DNA of 55,768 nt, taken from the NCBI RefSeq assembly GCF_001194135.2, contig NC_068992.1, positions 44,062,554 to 44,118,321 of the forward strand, in the 5' to 3' direction. The stretch is from Octopus bimaculoides (lineage: Eukaryota). This document shows positions 25,318 to 39,235 of this stretch, in pieces (position 1 is the stretch's first letter; every line of letters begins with the position of its first letter). Position numbers and translations under genes: made by a program. The notes under the pieces were generated by a model. That model ran no database searches. It had not been told where the DNA came from and worked only from the letters and a program-made list of their open reading frames with translations.

Positions 25318-26861
25318 ATATATATATATATATATATAGGAGAATTTGTTTGGGGAGCTTGAAAGTGCACCTGAATTTGAAAAACGTGTACTTGTTTTCA
25401 AATAGATTTCTTCACATACAAACCAAATGTATATAAAACAAGGGGATTTTCACAGAATTGAAAATAATGAAGTATAAATCAAACAAACATGCTTAAACGA
25501 TCAAATATTCACATAAAAGTCAATGAGTTTCACAGGGATAGATAATATCAAAATAAATGTTTGGCGAAGAATATAACAAATGTACATTACTAAGAGTTTG
25601 GTCATATTGAGTTTTTATAGAATCCGTGAACAACAGAGAGAAGAAAAAAGGGGAAGGAACAGCCATACAGACTACAATTTTTTCAAGGTGTTACTCCACC
25701 TGGTCGCAGTCTAATGACTTCAAACATATAAAAGATAAACCATAACAAAAAAAGTTACTTCCAGATTTAGATAGCTGTTTGGTTGTTTTTTAATACTGCG
25801 ATTGCAAATTTCTAATCTGAAATTGTCTAAACAGCTGTGACTTTAAGCGAATTGCTGTTACGTATGTAACGGTATCTATGTGAACTGGCAAAGTATAAAC
25901 AAGTCCAAGATAGAAAGTTTCCCCCTATATCTGGTGATACATTTAGATTACGCAGAGGATTATACCTCATTATTTTCTTATTTCATTTTTTAATGAAAAT
26001 TATACATTATATATTTTAGCTTATCATTGAAAACACTGTTAAGATTTTGTTTTGTTTGGTATAATTTTATTAGTTATTTCCTTAGCTGATGATAGATTCA
26101 TACTAACGATGCCTGAGATGTACTTAACAATTATGGGCGAATGATTACAATATTTATTAATATAAATAGTTTTTTTTCATTCGGCTTCCGCTATAAAGAA
26201 CGAATATTTGTGTTCATGTTTACTGTTATATCTAACATACTTATTATTCTCGTTTATATTTAGTGTATGTTTTAAATTAAATTCTTTGAATATACTACTT
26301 AACATGGCATGTCAGTTCATTATATGAGATACAGTGTGTCACTTGTTTTTGCCTAGTTGTGGAATCTTAGTGCATGTGTTATATATAATTCTACAATATC
26401 TAATACTTTTACACCGTAGATACATATTGATACATCGAAAGTATATTTCCGTGTTTCATAACTCTAAAGTAAATAAAATGGGTTAAAGACAATTTTCCTG
26501 AGTTTATCATTATACTAGTATCAGTGTCGGTTATTGTGCTATATATTTTTCTGAGTACCAGAGCTTCTAATCGAAGCTTTTTAAAAACATATATTAGCAT
26601 CTCACCAATGTTACTGTTTCATCAATAATATTTAAGATACCCTCTTCGTTTTTACGCTTTTTGTTTTCAATAATCTCAACTTCTGAAGTCCTTTTAATGA
26701 TGACTCATTACTGAATTTCTATGCAAGCCATATATCACTGGGGTCAGACAAGGAGGGTATCGAGTTTTGACGCTATATTGAATTTCATTGCATACTTTCT
26801 TGTCAACAAGGCCTATTAAGACATGGAAACACTGAATAGCGTTGTAGATTAGCATCAGCTG

Positions 26862-26895
26862 AACACACACACACACACATATATATATATATGTA

Positions 26896-26957
<62 letters not shown>

Positions 26958-27065
26958 TGTGTGTGTGTGTGTGTTTGTGTATGTATATGTATATATATGG
27001 ATATATATGGATATATATATATACATATATATATATATATCTGTCTCTATCTATATCTGTCTGTA

Positions 27066-27102
<37 letters not shown>

Positions 27103-27126
27103 CTATTTATTTATCTATCTATCTAT
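26862..27126. repeat. Compound CA/TA/TG/TC/(TCTA)n microsatellite
   Basis: Direct reading. Confidence 0.97.
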
Positions 27127-27129
27127 CCA

Positions 27130-27631
27130 GCCATGAGTGGGTTCGCTTGCTGGTGTGGAATGGTGTAGAGTCCTGTTTTCAGACATAGGGTCTTCCAACA
27201 ACCATCCTCTTGACCCAGGGTAGCACTACCTCCTCGAGGCATTCGATGTAGGCCTCCGTGTTGAGTTTGAGGTTGTGTGGGAAGATGGAGCCTTAGCGTC
27301 GCCATCACTAGTGATCACTCCAAACACCATGATGTTGACTGGATGTTTGACTTTTATCACTCTCGGTACGTTTTGGTGACACGGCACGTCAACATATTGA
27401 CACCCAAACACTCTGAAATGTTTGTACTGGAGCTTTCGGTGCGAATACCAAGCAGTACAGCATATCGTTTCCAAATTTCTGGCAGAGTGAATGGTGTCTT
27501 AGAGTTGTTTTTCTCACAGACGGTGCTTAACTGACCCTACTATACTGTGTAGTCGACAAAATCAAAAACAAACAATGCGCATGCGCGAAATTAAAAATAT
27601 AAAATGGTGACAATTTACCCATCGCACCCTG
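27130..27631 (-). mobile_element. Internally deleted Tc1/mariner-superfamily element (maT/DD37D-like transposase)
   Basis: Left end TA-CAGGGTGCGATGG at 27633-27619. N-terminal YAVLLGIRTESSSTNISECLGVN joined to KHPVNIMVFGVITSDGD..NTEAYIECLEEVVLPWVKRMVVGRPYV*KQDSTPFHTSKRTHSWL. Confidence 0.8.
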
Positions 27632-27658
27632 TACAGATACCTGGTACACGAAATTGCG

Positions 27659-28734
27659 GCAATATTTAATTAAAATAGCCATCAGCTAATAATACTTAAA
27701 GCATACACACTATCGATAGACCAGTTGCTGCAGTATTTGTCCTGAGACAAATGTGAAGGTGCGTGGCTTAGTGGTTAGGGCATTCGGCTCACGATCGTAA
27801 AGTCGTGAGTTCAATTTCCAGCGACGCGTTGAGCAAGACACTTTATTTCACGTTGCTCCAGTCCACTAAGTTGGCAAAAATGAGTAGTATCTGTATTTCA
27901 AAGGGCCAGTCTTGTCACACTCTGTGTTACGCTGAATCTCCTTGAGAGTTACGAGAAGGGTACACGTGTCTGTGGAGTGCTCAGCCACTTGCACGTTAAT
28001 TTCACGAACAGGCTGTTCCGTTGATCGTATCAGCTGGGACCCTCGTCGTCGTAACCGACGGAGTGCTCCTGTTTGTCCCGAGATAACTTCTCTTGTGGAT
28101 TTACTGTGTTAAAAATACAATAAATATCAGTGACGAAGATGTGTTACCGCAGCGGCCAGCGAACGCTTCAGAGGCATTTCGGCATTTTTAGCCTTTTCAA
28201 CTGTGCATACTTGCAGCCACCTACATTCTCGGATGTGAATTAGTAATCTCTAAGAAGTGAAAGAATAACATTCACTGATGTTGTGAATAGCTGCTCGGCT
28301 GATTAAGAATCTGGTATATGCAACTAAGGCAGTATTTGATTAAAATAGTCATCAGTATATCATGCATTATATATATCCACTGTTGATAAGCAGCTTATTG
28401 CAGTATTTATCCTGAGATAGCATTTCTGGGAAGCTTTTCTTGTGTTAAAAACGCAATAAATATCAGAGACGAAACTCCGTCCCAGTAGCGACAAGCAAGA
28501 GCGCCAGATGCCTCTTTTCAATATTTGAGACACAACGAATTCTTGTCCAACGAAATGTATTTGGCACTCCGTTGGCCACTGCTGGGATGAATTTTCGTCT
28601 GTTTCCGATATTGCGTTTGTAAGACAGCAAGTCCAAAAAAGATGTTATTGCAGGACAAACGGCAGTAACCTGTCTATCATCAGTGTGTATAGATGAGTTA
28701 TTGTACAAACATGGCTACTTTAATTAAATACTCC
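27659..28734. repeat. Three divergent copies of a ~190-bp unit, two direct and one inverted
   Basis: Motifs TATTT.ATTAAA.TAG.CAT, CACT..GATA, T.TCCTG.GATA, ACGCAATA and GACGAAA recur at 27659-28182 (SINE-interrupted), 28329-28515 and, inverted, 28549-28734. Confidence 0.7.
27755..28070 (+). mobile_element. tRNA-derived SINE (family 3), near full length, with target-site duplication
   Basis: A-box TGGCTTAGTGG, B-box GAGTTCAATT, non-tRNA body GAGCAAGACACTT...; flanked by TTTGTCCTGAGACA (27736-27749) and TTTGTCCCGAGATA (28072-28085). Confidence 0.8.
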
Positions 28735-29947
28735 CTCAATTGCATATGATGAATTTTTTTAGTATGATACATTTATACGTATATATATGTACGTTGGTGT
28801 GAGTGAGTGTTAATGTTTGTATTTTTTCCTGTCTTTGTGTGAATGCATATATGCATATATGTAGTTGTATATGTAAGTGTTTGTGAGAGAGAGCTATGTG
28901 TATATACATATTCACTTTAAGTGCATATCTTGCTTGACAAAAACTGAAAATAATTATGAAATATACTTTTATGTTGTACAAGGTCATACAAAATTGCTTC
29001 ATTTGTATATAAAACATAAATACAATAATATAAAACCCATGTAGCAATCCAAAACAGCTTGACTGAAATAAATATGTATAAATTCAGACTAGTTGTTTTA
29101 TATTTTACTTCTCTTGTTTGTAGCCACTTAACTTCGTGTTTTTTATCATCTTTTTTGTTCATGCACTGGGAAAATACGAGAACTTGAACATATTTTGATT
29201 TCGTCAGTACATTTCAGAGTTTGTTTCTTGATCTTAGAAACGCCGTTGCAAAATGTTCGGGTGGCTTGATGAAACATCTAGTTTTTGAATTCTTTATATT
29301 TAAATTGCTAAAAATCGGTTTCTCGTATACTCTTAGAATGAAATCTTACACATAAAGCGTCTATATTCCAGAGAAACAAGAAAAAATTGAGCAACTTTAC
29401 AATAACTGGTTTGCGTGAACACTGTCAATATGATATAAACTTTTCTCACATACATCAATAAATATGAAGATTTGTAAATTTTAGGTGACAGAAACTTAAA
29501 ATATTGTGCTCTCAAATTTCACGATCTAGTACTTAAAGCACAATATGAGTGTAATTTTGTGGAAAATTTTATAAGCTTTAATGGAATTAAATTATTTCAG
29601 AACGATAACAAAATACGTTAAATGAATGTCAAATTGAATACTTACTCAATTTGATATGCTATATTTTCTCCCTCGACATAACATTTTAGTAGACTTTCAT
29701 ATTATCTTCTTCAAAGGGCATCATAAAAGGAAGTAGTTTTTCATCTTTTCGTTATAATGGCCACGTAGCTATAGAAATTCAAACCAACAACAGATTTTCA
29801 ATTCTAATTTCGTTCAAATTATTTTATTATCTATCTGAAGTTTAAACTATTTCGCTTTATCTAACCTTTGCCAAAACAGTTGCTGAATTTCAGAAAGTTA
29901 TATATTAAATTCTGAAATCGTAGAACACTGTGTTGTAAGGTTTCAAC

Positions 29948-30066
<119 letters not shown>

Positions 30067-30800
30067 CAGGGTTGGTGGAAAGTAACTAGGCATTAGAAAT
30101 TGCTTATAGAATTTTTAGTATCACTGAAGTAATGACGAAAAAGTTTTTAAACAGAAATAGGGATTTTCTTTTCTTAGTGTCTTATTTTTTATTTCTTATT
30201 TTCCAGATGGCCGCTCACTTCGCTGTTCAGGAGTGAGCCATGATAGCAGCACGCTATGTAGTGTGGAACCGCATTGTTTTAGTGCAGAGATGATAGCGTG
30301 CATGCAACCCTACGTCCAGAGTCAATAAACAATTGTCATGCAAAGCTGATGATCACGGGCTCTGTGAACGTTGCAGGAAGAAGTGGCCGTCCAACCACAT
30401 CCCGATCAACGGAGAATGTGGCAACAGTGCAGGAATTGTTTAATTATGTTTAATCGCAGCCCACAAAAATCACCAAGTCCAGCAGCTCGTGAAAATAGAC
30501 TAACAAGACGGAATACGTACGGTGTTGCATAAAAGATTGAATTTTCGTCCGTGAAAACCAGATTACGTGCAGGAGGTAAAACCTGAAGAATGTGACTGCA
30601 AAAGTCCAGAACTCCAAGAAGTTCAGATCTCACTCCATGTGATATTTACCTGTGGGGTTACACAAAAGAGGAGTACAAGACAAGACCTCGTACACTGGAG
30701 GACTTGGAGACACGGATTCAGGAGGTTCTCAATGATATCCCAGACGATGTCCTTCGGAAGATTGTTTATTCCATCCCTGGCCGTTTGAAGGAACATACTC
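30067..30800 (+). mobile_element. Internally deleted Tc1/mariner-superfamily element (DUF4817-HTH-type transposase)
   Basis: TA-CAGGGTTGG start; TTTCCAG|ATG before the ORF; GRSGRPTTSRSTENV, RSPQKS, then a deletion to PRSSDLTPCDIYLWGYTKE.YKTRPRTLEDLETRI. Right TIR not seen. Confidence 0.8.
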
Positions 30801-31330
30801 TTGCTATGTTGAAGATATCAACATAGTATCAAAAGCACCTCCACAAGGCAATATCCATGAACCTGAACTAGGACCATGGAGATCATCTCGCAAAGAGCTA
30901 ACTCCCTCCACCAGAGTATTAAGGTAACAATAGATTAGTGTAGAAAGCAGACTACCTGTTTTAGATACTGAACTGGAAACTAGGAATAACAAAGTTCACA
31001 TTCTCCATTCTCTTTATACCAAACCCATGGCCTCCAAACACATGTAGTTTTCTGAGTAAAGAGACGGGATCAGAGTGTTCAAAGGAGCCATGACAATATT
31101 CAAGGCCATCTTAGAATGACGCAAATAGGATCTGCTCACTATACAGGGGTAAATCATGGAATAGCATAGAGAGAACTTAGAAGATAGGCAAGGTCAACTT
31201 ATGATATGACAGCCAAAAGTACTAGAGTGTCAGGTTCGTCGACGGAGGCGAACTAGCATATCATTTTAGAAAAACTTCAGATAAATTGTGTATTAGAAAG
31301 GTCAGGAACCCCCATAAAATCCATGATCTG
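30800..31330 (-). mobile_element. Possible highly decayed Penelope-like RT fragment
   Basis: ENG..LLFL..VSKTG..STLIY..SGGGS*LF across frames resembles the PLE RT thumb ENG.LPFLD..SK....TSVY..TG.G..F; heavily mutated. Confidence 0.35.
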
Positions 31331-33349
31331 TAAAACATGCCCATTTGAAAGAACCCTCTGTACTGAGAAGAACTGTATATTGTGTAGAGTAACCCCACAG
31401 ATAAACTGCAAAACTAGAAATGCAGTCTATACTATAAGGTGTATAGAAGGTGCAGAAATAGGAAACATAGGTGAGAGCATAAGTGAACACTGGTGAGAAC
31501 CCAAGGAAGAAAAAAGTTCGTCGGCGCTATACCAACATGTTAAATTAGAACACTATAGATAACATATATGTTAGGAACTTATCAAGACATAGAACATCAA
31601 GACATAGAACAGACACGACACTCAGACAGATTACAGAGGTCACACATAATAGAAAATAGATAGCCGCAACAGAAAACGGGAATGGATACTAACGCATCAC
31701 CCACCACCACCACCTTACCGCCACCACTGCTCTAACTGACGAAGATAAACATGAAATGATGAACACAAGAATTGCTTCAGTATCGGTAGCCTCATTAACA
31801 CCAACCACTGTGCGTGGATGATACCGATAAGTGCCAAAGAACTGCAGCCGTTCCGTCCTGAACAATACCTGCCCTAATGGTGCCGCCATCAGAATCTAGT
31901 GATTAAACAAGAGACATGTCCAGGCTTCCGCACTGCAGCCCAAGCGATTAACCACTGCCTCGCGTAGTGTGCAGTATGATTCTCAATTAGGCATAGTCAT
32001 GGTGTATCAATGTCTCTAAGTGGTACCTGGTTGTTCGGCCCTGAACCTATTTGTTGAAAAACTGCTCTATTAGCACGAACCTATAATGGAATATATGAAT
32101 TTAAGAATCATCAACAGCTTTTAAACTCCCTAATGATATCTATATATCTAAAAATACAATGAAGATCTACTCTTAATCGATCAAACATATTCTAAAATCG
32201 GATGCATTAATAACGGTAATTGGATCCTACTTAAGCTAAATAATTTATTAGGAAAATTTTCCCCATAGACAACACAAATCATCTGATGTGAAGTGAAGCA
32301 GAAAGCTATAAAATATGTATTTACAAAACACCAGATAAGATACCTGAAATGCTTCAAACGAAGCTAAATATTTTTAGTAGGCAGTAATTAAATGATGTAA
32401 CGATAAATGGATGCTTTAGCTACCACAATGGTTCACTAACGATGATGAATTTATTCTGGAACAGTTGACAAATATCTGCATCTATTTTTCAAAGCCTAAA
32501 AGCAAATATCGTAATGTCGATATCTTTTGTTTTCGACATTTCCAATTCTCTACATGGATTCGTTTATTTGCAATATTGTAGAAGAATACTAATCACTTAT
32601 TCACTTTTGCAAAATATACAAGGCACAGCGGGATTTCTCGTGATGATAAGGTAAAACTATTCATATTTAAAAATTATCCAACAAAAGATAAATATTCAAA
32701 GTTAAGTATCTGCTAGGCGTGAAACAGGAGGTCGTGAAACACAAAACAAACAAAATGCGAAATACATTGCAAGCAACTAGAATCTCATAATTGAACAAAC
32801 GACAATATTTCCCTTTCTTTAAAGCATGTCGATTCTATCAAGTTCATATCCAATATCCGTTACTATAATAATCCACACGATACAATAATTAATTTGGGTA
32901 CTGTATTCTAATTAATACTAAATTATAATGCTGGACTTGCTTATTCCTATGTTAGCCGTCGTTCCGCATACTCGTCATCAAAGGGGTTTTAATTTTAATT
33001 ACTCGTTCTCTCAAAAATAATTTATCTCAAATTACATTACTCAATAAGTTATTTCTTTTTGAATTAGTTGAGTGCATTTTGACAGATTTCGTGACTTCTT
33101 CAAACTCAAAATTCATTAACTTATAAAGATTTTTCTTTAAAAAAAAATAGTATTGTTGCTTAAAGGCATTTGTTGACATCTTAGAGATTTTAAACCAGCC
33201 TACAAATTAGTCAGTTTCATCTGCAACATCACAGATCTAGTAAGATCTTCTACAGAGATATGATGAGTGTATGCCTTTAATGGATAATACATTACAGTAC
33301 TTACACTTTTTAAATGGTAGCGGTGGAAATTAGTTGTTAGTTAAATATA

Positions 33350-34430
33350 AGTGGCGTTCATTAAAAATTACCCCTGACCCATTTCCCAAGGACTGACATA
33401 AACGAAACTTAGCATAATTATTAGTCATTCTCTACAGAGAATGACTAATAATTATTTATGCAGTTGTGAAGACCACGTCTGTAGAAGTCGGTAGGTTGCG
33501 TCTGGAGCCAAGACTTTACATCGGAAATAAGTTTATCGTCATTCGGAAAGTGCTTCCCCGTCAAAAAAGACATCATGGTTGGAAAGAAGTGGAAGTCAGA
33601 TGGTGCAAGGTCGGGAGAGTAAGGGAAATGAGGAAGGATTTCCTAACCGCAGCAGTGTGTTTTCATCTGGATAATACGTGCATTGTGAACTGGGACGTTT
33701 TCATGGAGGAGGCGCACGTCTTTGGTCAGAATGCCACGCCTCTCTGCTTTGATGGAATCCCACATTTTCTGCAGCAGTGAAGCTGCTGAAGTTAATTGTG
33801 GTGCCCTTTACCAGAAAATCCATCGTCACTATTCCGTGCTGTTCCTAAAAGACTGTGAACATCACCTTGCCTGCTGAGGGTTGAGCACGAGCCTTCTTTG
33901 GAGACGGTGAGTTATCATGCTTCCATTGCTTCGGCTGGACTTTAGTCTCAGGATCATTGTGATGGATCCACGTTTCATCCTGTGTTAAGTCTGCCGAAAA
34001 TGTCCTCCTCGTTTTCTTGGCACATTGCAAAAAAAAAAAGAGCCTAGGAGCAACTGACTCGTTCCTGCTTCTGAAAAGATGTGGGCATCCAGGGAATCTA
34101 TTTTGCAAACAACTTCCGCATGTGCAAATGGTCGTGGATGATATTTTCCATGGACCCTACTCTTATTTTCATTTCTTGGGTTAGTTATCGAATAGTTATC
34201 CGGTGATCCTCCAAAATGGCGGCTTCCACTTTATGGATGGTGTCGTCATCAATGACAGAATGTGGTAGTCCAGGAATAGGAGCAGTTTCCACCGATGCCC
34301 AACCACATTTGAACTGGCGATGCCAGTGCTTGCATCGTCACCATAAACTTCTGTAATCTCATCGAAAGTCTCTTTTGATGTACCACCTTTCAAGTATAAG
34401 AACCTGATCACTGCTGCATATAGTGTTGGT
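33350..34430 (-). mobile_element. Mariner transposase relic, 5'-truncated, with right TIR
   Basis: AVIRFLYLKG..KETFDEITEVYGDDA, TQDETWIHHNDPETKVQPKQWKH..SAGKVMFTVF, LPHFPYSPDLAPSDFHFFP; end TA-AGTGGCGTTCATTAAAA. Confidence 0.9.
33414..33455. repeat. Perfect 20-bp inverted repeat with 2-nt spacer
   Basis: ATAATTATTAGTCATTCTCT-AC-AGAGAATGACTAATAATTAT. Confidence 0.95.
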
Positions 34431-36462
34431 ATATAGTCACTGAAATCATGTCTATTTTGCTTTTGCTTATGAACATCTGTATTGGTAACTATGGTGTCGT
34501 TGAACATATATTGTTGATTTTAGTGTTGTTGATTACACTGCTGTTTTTGTATTTGTGATTGTGGACTTATTGAGTGTCTCTACTGAATTGTTTACATTAA
34601 TTATTGTTTTGGTTTGGGCGTGTCTATTACCGTGTCTTTGTTGACGAATGACAACGATTAATTTATTTTAGTTTCATTTTAAGCTTTTGTCATACCTAAT
34701 GTCTTTCTTGCTAAAATCGTTGCCTTCCCCATGATTTGTCTCAATCTTACGATTTTGACCCCAACATTTTACTTAAGTGTAAGAATGTAAAAAACGTTTT
34801 AAACACACACACACACACACACACNNNNNNNNNNTGTTAGACACACACACACACACACACACACAATTAGTCTATTTCGTTTCGTTTTTAGGCATACATT
34901 CTAGTTCACTTGTTTTAAACAATATTTTGCAATTTCTAATTTGATACTTGTCAGAAAATCTAATTAATAATTTTATTCCATAAGTTTAAGAAAAGAAAAA
35001 GAATGCTTGAAGGGACCAAATTGTGTGGATGCTGTAAAATATTACCCAAACCATTATGTGCATTGATACATGAAATGCAGAATTATCGATTAATTTAACC
35101 AATATGGAAAACAGAATATTTGGAGTTAATATTTTTAAATATTAAAAAAGAATACGAAAGACATGTTTTAATAATTATTTACACTTGGTAATTCTATTTT
35201 AGAAAACTATTCCGCAAATTAAATCTATCTTAAACATGTTGCATCAAATTATATTTCGTAATATTGCTTTTATTTAATCTTTTTCTTCGGTGAATTGCAG
35301 TAATACATTGAAAGAATCGAATTTCTATAGAGTTGTTGAAGATATGCTATCATCTGCAGCTAAGGGAATATCGTGGAAATGAATGAAAATATATCGGGAG
35401 AATTTTCTCTTTACAAGTAGCTTTCCCCAGGTACTCCTGCTGTTACGTCGTTACTTTTATAATAAAATATATTTCCTTACTTGAACAAGCAAGGATTTTC
35501 ATCTTTGTTTGGTTTCTATAATAGGAACTTCATAACATTCAACATGTGCACAGTTTGATCTCTCTCTTTCCACACTTTTCTCTGTTTTCAAAACAACAAT
35601 CTCAAATTATTTTCATATACAACCTTACACTGCATACAGTTTAAGAACGTTCCGTACACTATGACATGCTGTCCTTATCTTCCAATTGTATTTTCGTCTG
35701 TAATTAATTATTTAATTATTTTTATCCTTCAGTATTATTTTCTCTCTGTTCGTGTAAGAATTATTTATTACCATCGAAAATCACATAGTTCCTTTCTGCT
35801 GTTTTATCTCATTAAACATATTTAGACAGCCCTCATCAAAAACCTGATATCAATAGCAACATCATTACTATTAATTCACCAATCATATACCACTGCAACT
35901 GAGTTCACAACTGAGTTCATAGCTGAGTTTACTACCGATTTGATTGACAGTTTTGAAAGTGTTAATTCAAGATTTAGTTTTTGTATCTAGTTATTCAATG
36001 AATGTATTCCTCAAGTGGCTCATTAGTAAATGGCGTTCTTGAATCAACATAATCGAAATCAGAATTAGTAGTATAAGTTAAGTAAATTGACTTCTACCGG
36101 AAATCGATGAAATATATAAGGCAACAAAAGGCGTTTAGTGATGGTTAGATTTGCTAACATTAGTAGTGAAATATTGCTGTGTCTTCTTCACAACTGATGA
36201 AAATGTCAGACTGAACAGTTGTGATAAAATGTAAAATAATGGGACAGGCTAGCCAGGACTGAATGCTTATCGAACGATATATGTTCATCGTATGGAAATA
36301 TTTTTTCCAACACACATGACCGGTATCAGAAAGCGAAAGAAGCGATGGTACAAAAGACATCAAAACGTTTTAAAAAGGTGTTTTCAAATCACAAATACAA
36401 GCTAACAATTCCATTTATAAGCACACATAAATGCTTTTCAGAACAGAAATAATAACAGTAAT

Positions 36463-36682
36463 AATTATCTCTACTCTAGGCAAAAGGCCTTGAAAAATTT
36501 TGGAGGAAGTGAGCTAGTTGATGATACCGACCCCAGTGCGTAACTGGTACTTATTTCATCGACGCCGAATGGATAAAAGCAAGGTCGACCTCGGTGGGAA
36601 TTGCACTCACAACGTAGCGGCAGACGAAATACTGCTAAGTATTTCGTCCGGCGTGCTAACGATTCTGCCAACTCGCCGCTTT
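36463..36682 (-). mobile_element. SINE family 1 copy, full length
   Basis: Reverse complement GCGGCGAGTTGGCAGAATCGTTAGCACGCC...GAGGTCGACCTTGC...AAGTACCAGTTACGCACTGGGGTC. Confidence 0.9.
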
Positions 36683-39064
36683 AATAACAGTAATAATAGC
36701 AATAACAACAGTAGAAACAGCAACAACAACGACAAAAATCGGAAGTGCCGTCATTATCTCCTTTCTCAGCGCCATGACGCCATAGAGAATATATTAAAAA
36801 ATTTCGGCCCTGAACATACGAAAATATGCCGTGGAAATATAACATAGTTTCCTTAATATTACGGCCTGGAAAATGAACATTTATCAAGCGAAATAATATT
36901 ACACATCCGTTCAAGTCGAGATAGCTTTCAAAACATTTCTACAACCATAACACAAGATCGTCCAATGCCTAATTACACTCCGATAAGAATGAGAATACTA
37001 CATTACTGCGGAGGAGTCATTATAACATCCATAATATCATGCAGCTACCATAAAGGGCTGTCGAATACGAATAGGTTATAGCAGAGATTCATTACAGCAT
37101 AGAAAATTTAAAAGAAACGGCAATACAGTGGACTGGACATCAATAAAATAAGCACATACATATGTATGTATATAACAATTGACCTTACCTACCGTCCCAG
37201 CAAGCATTATACTTTAATACTCTTCGAAATTACAAAACTGAGGAACATTTCGTTACATACAAAACATTGTAATTCTCAAAGAATACCGATGAAACGATAT
37301 GTAATAGAATAGCCATATAAATAAAATTAGTTTACATACTAAAGAACCATTACCAGTACACATACACCTGAGTCACAAAGCTAAGTAGAAACCCTGTTCC
37401 AAGACATCACCCTGAGCCAATACAATGACAGAGAAAACAATCGACCAAATATCTTTTCATTTTCTACCAGACGTAACTCGGTGCAAAGCATAAACTCTCA
37501 TACAAACTTCAAATTAAACCAATCAGGAAAATGCTACCAAGAAAAGAAAGTTCACAAAATGCAATGACAAACCATTAACAACAGATTGTTCAGTTACAAT
37601 AGATAGAATAGCTAACGATAGAACAATCACCAACATAAACACCACAGAATACATATTCAACAGCAACACAGTCACCAGCTACATTGTAATCCATGCAAGG
37701 ATGCCACCGCATTCACCAACATTGACATTGCAAAACCTAATGTCAGCAACACCGCAACCACCAGCAACCACATTACTGTATATACATTCAACAACAGCAC
37801 AATCACCAACGTTGCTTGAAAATCATTATTAGATGTCCAGACACATATGCAACACTTATTCGTTCGGCCAACAAACGGCAGGGGTGTGTTGGAAAGTCAG
37901 TTCTAAGAGTCAAAACACATACATTTCTTCTGATAACTACATCTCACTTATTCAGGTCGGACAAGTATAAAAGAACACCAACACATAGAAACAGCTGAAC
38001 ATCTATATCCTCATTAGCCCCAGGGACTATGTTCCCACCAATAACAAATGAAAAAGAGTACCAACCAGTTGTTAGTGTCTGATTGTGTCTTATCTTGCCC
38101 GTCTATGCTGTGGCCCTCTCCAGAGTCTACTGAAGTACAACCCTTACGCAACCGCTCAACCTGCTAGACATGGTAACTAAATCGTCTTAAATCTTAAAAT
38201 ACCATCTAAAAATGGGAAGAAGAAATTGGGATAAAATGGTCCTAGATACACTGCATTAGAATAGCAAGGCAGGGTATTGACGGATGGTATACCTTTGACG
38301 TGTCACTGTTTCGGATCCTGATTGTGACGTTGTGTGTCATCGTGACTAATACATTTCACAATTCTCTATCAAGCCTGTATGTAGGTACTGTATGTAGTAC
38401 TCTTCATCATCATACAGGACAACAATACTGTGAAAATGAGTAGTTCACTGGCATGAAATGCTACATTTGGCTCACATCATATCCAAGAGATTTATCTTTC
38501 ATTTGTTATCACCGGAAAAATCTTGAACCTATAATATTAAACAAATGAAATTATTTCTAATTCAATAACACAATTTCACTAAACAATAATTATCTATCAA
38601 CATTTTGACTGGTGATACCTACTCCAAGAATTACTGCNNNNNNNNNNNNNNNNNNNNNNNNNNNNNNNNNNNNNNNNNNNNNNNNNNNNNNNNNNNNNNN
38701 NNNNNNNNNNNNNNNNNNNNNNNNNNNNNNNNNNNNNNNNNNNNNNNNNNNNNNNNNNNNNNNNNNNNNNNNNNNNNNNNNNNNNNNNNNNNNNNNNNNN
38801 NNNNNNNNNNNNNNNNNNNNNNNNNNNNNNNNNNNNNNNNNNNNNNNNNNNNNNNNNNNNNNNNNNNNNNNNNNNNNNNNNNNNNNNNNNNNNNNNNNNN
38901 NNNNNNNNNNNNNNNNNNNNNNNNNNNNNNNNNNNNNNNNNNNNNNNNNNNNNNNNNNNNNNNNNNNNNNNNNNNNNNNNNNNNNNNNNNNNNNNNNNNN
39001 NNNNNNNNNNNNNNNNNNNNNNNNNNNNNNNNNNNNNNNNNNNNNNNNNNNNNNNNNNNNNNNN

Positions 39065-39112
<48 letters not shown>

Positions 39113-39115
<3 letters not shown>

Positions 39116-39235
39116 CGGGTTTCTTTCAGTTTCTGTCTACCAAACAAGGCTTTGGTTGACCTACGACACACACAAGAACTGAAGCCGGAACCCTGTAGTT
39201 GAGAAGCTAACTTCTTACCATAGAGGCACTGTTGC
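39113..39235 (-). mobile_element. SINE family 2 copy, internally deleted
   Basis: CGACGGGTTTCTTTCAGTTTCTGTCTACCAAA...CTTCTTACCA. Confidence 0.75.

Noticed and set aside
27755-27830. tRNA-like sequence with A and B boxes
   Set aside because: The acceptor stem does not close, and it continues into a SINE body with a TSD; a SINE head rather than a tRNA gene.
32941-32990. Minus-strand TTGATGA-CG..CG-GAAC hammerhead-like motif
   Set aside because: A15.1 missing and stems I and III weak; too degenerate to support.
37590-37815. A/C-rich decayed ~45-bp repeats that could encode a Thr-rich mucin-like peptide
   Set aside because: No splice sites or sustained ORF; low-complexity sequence.
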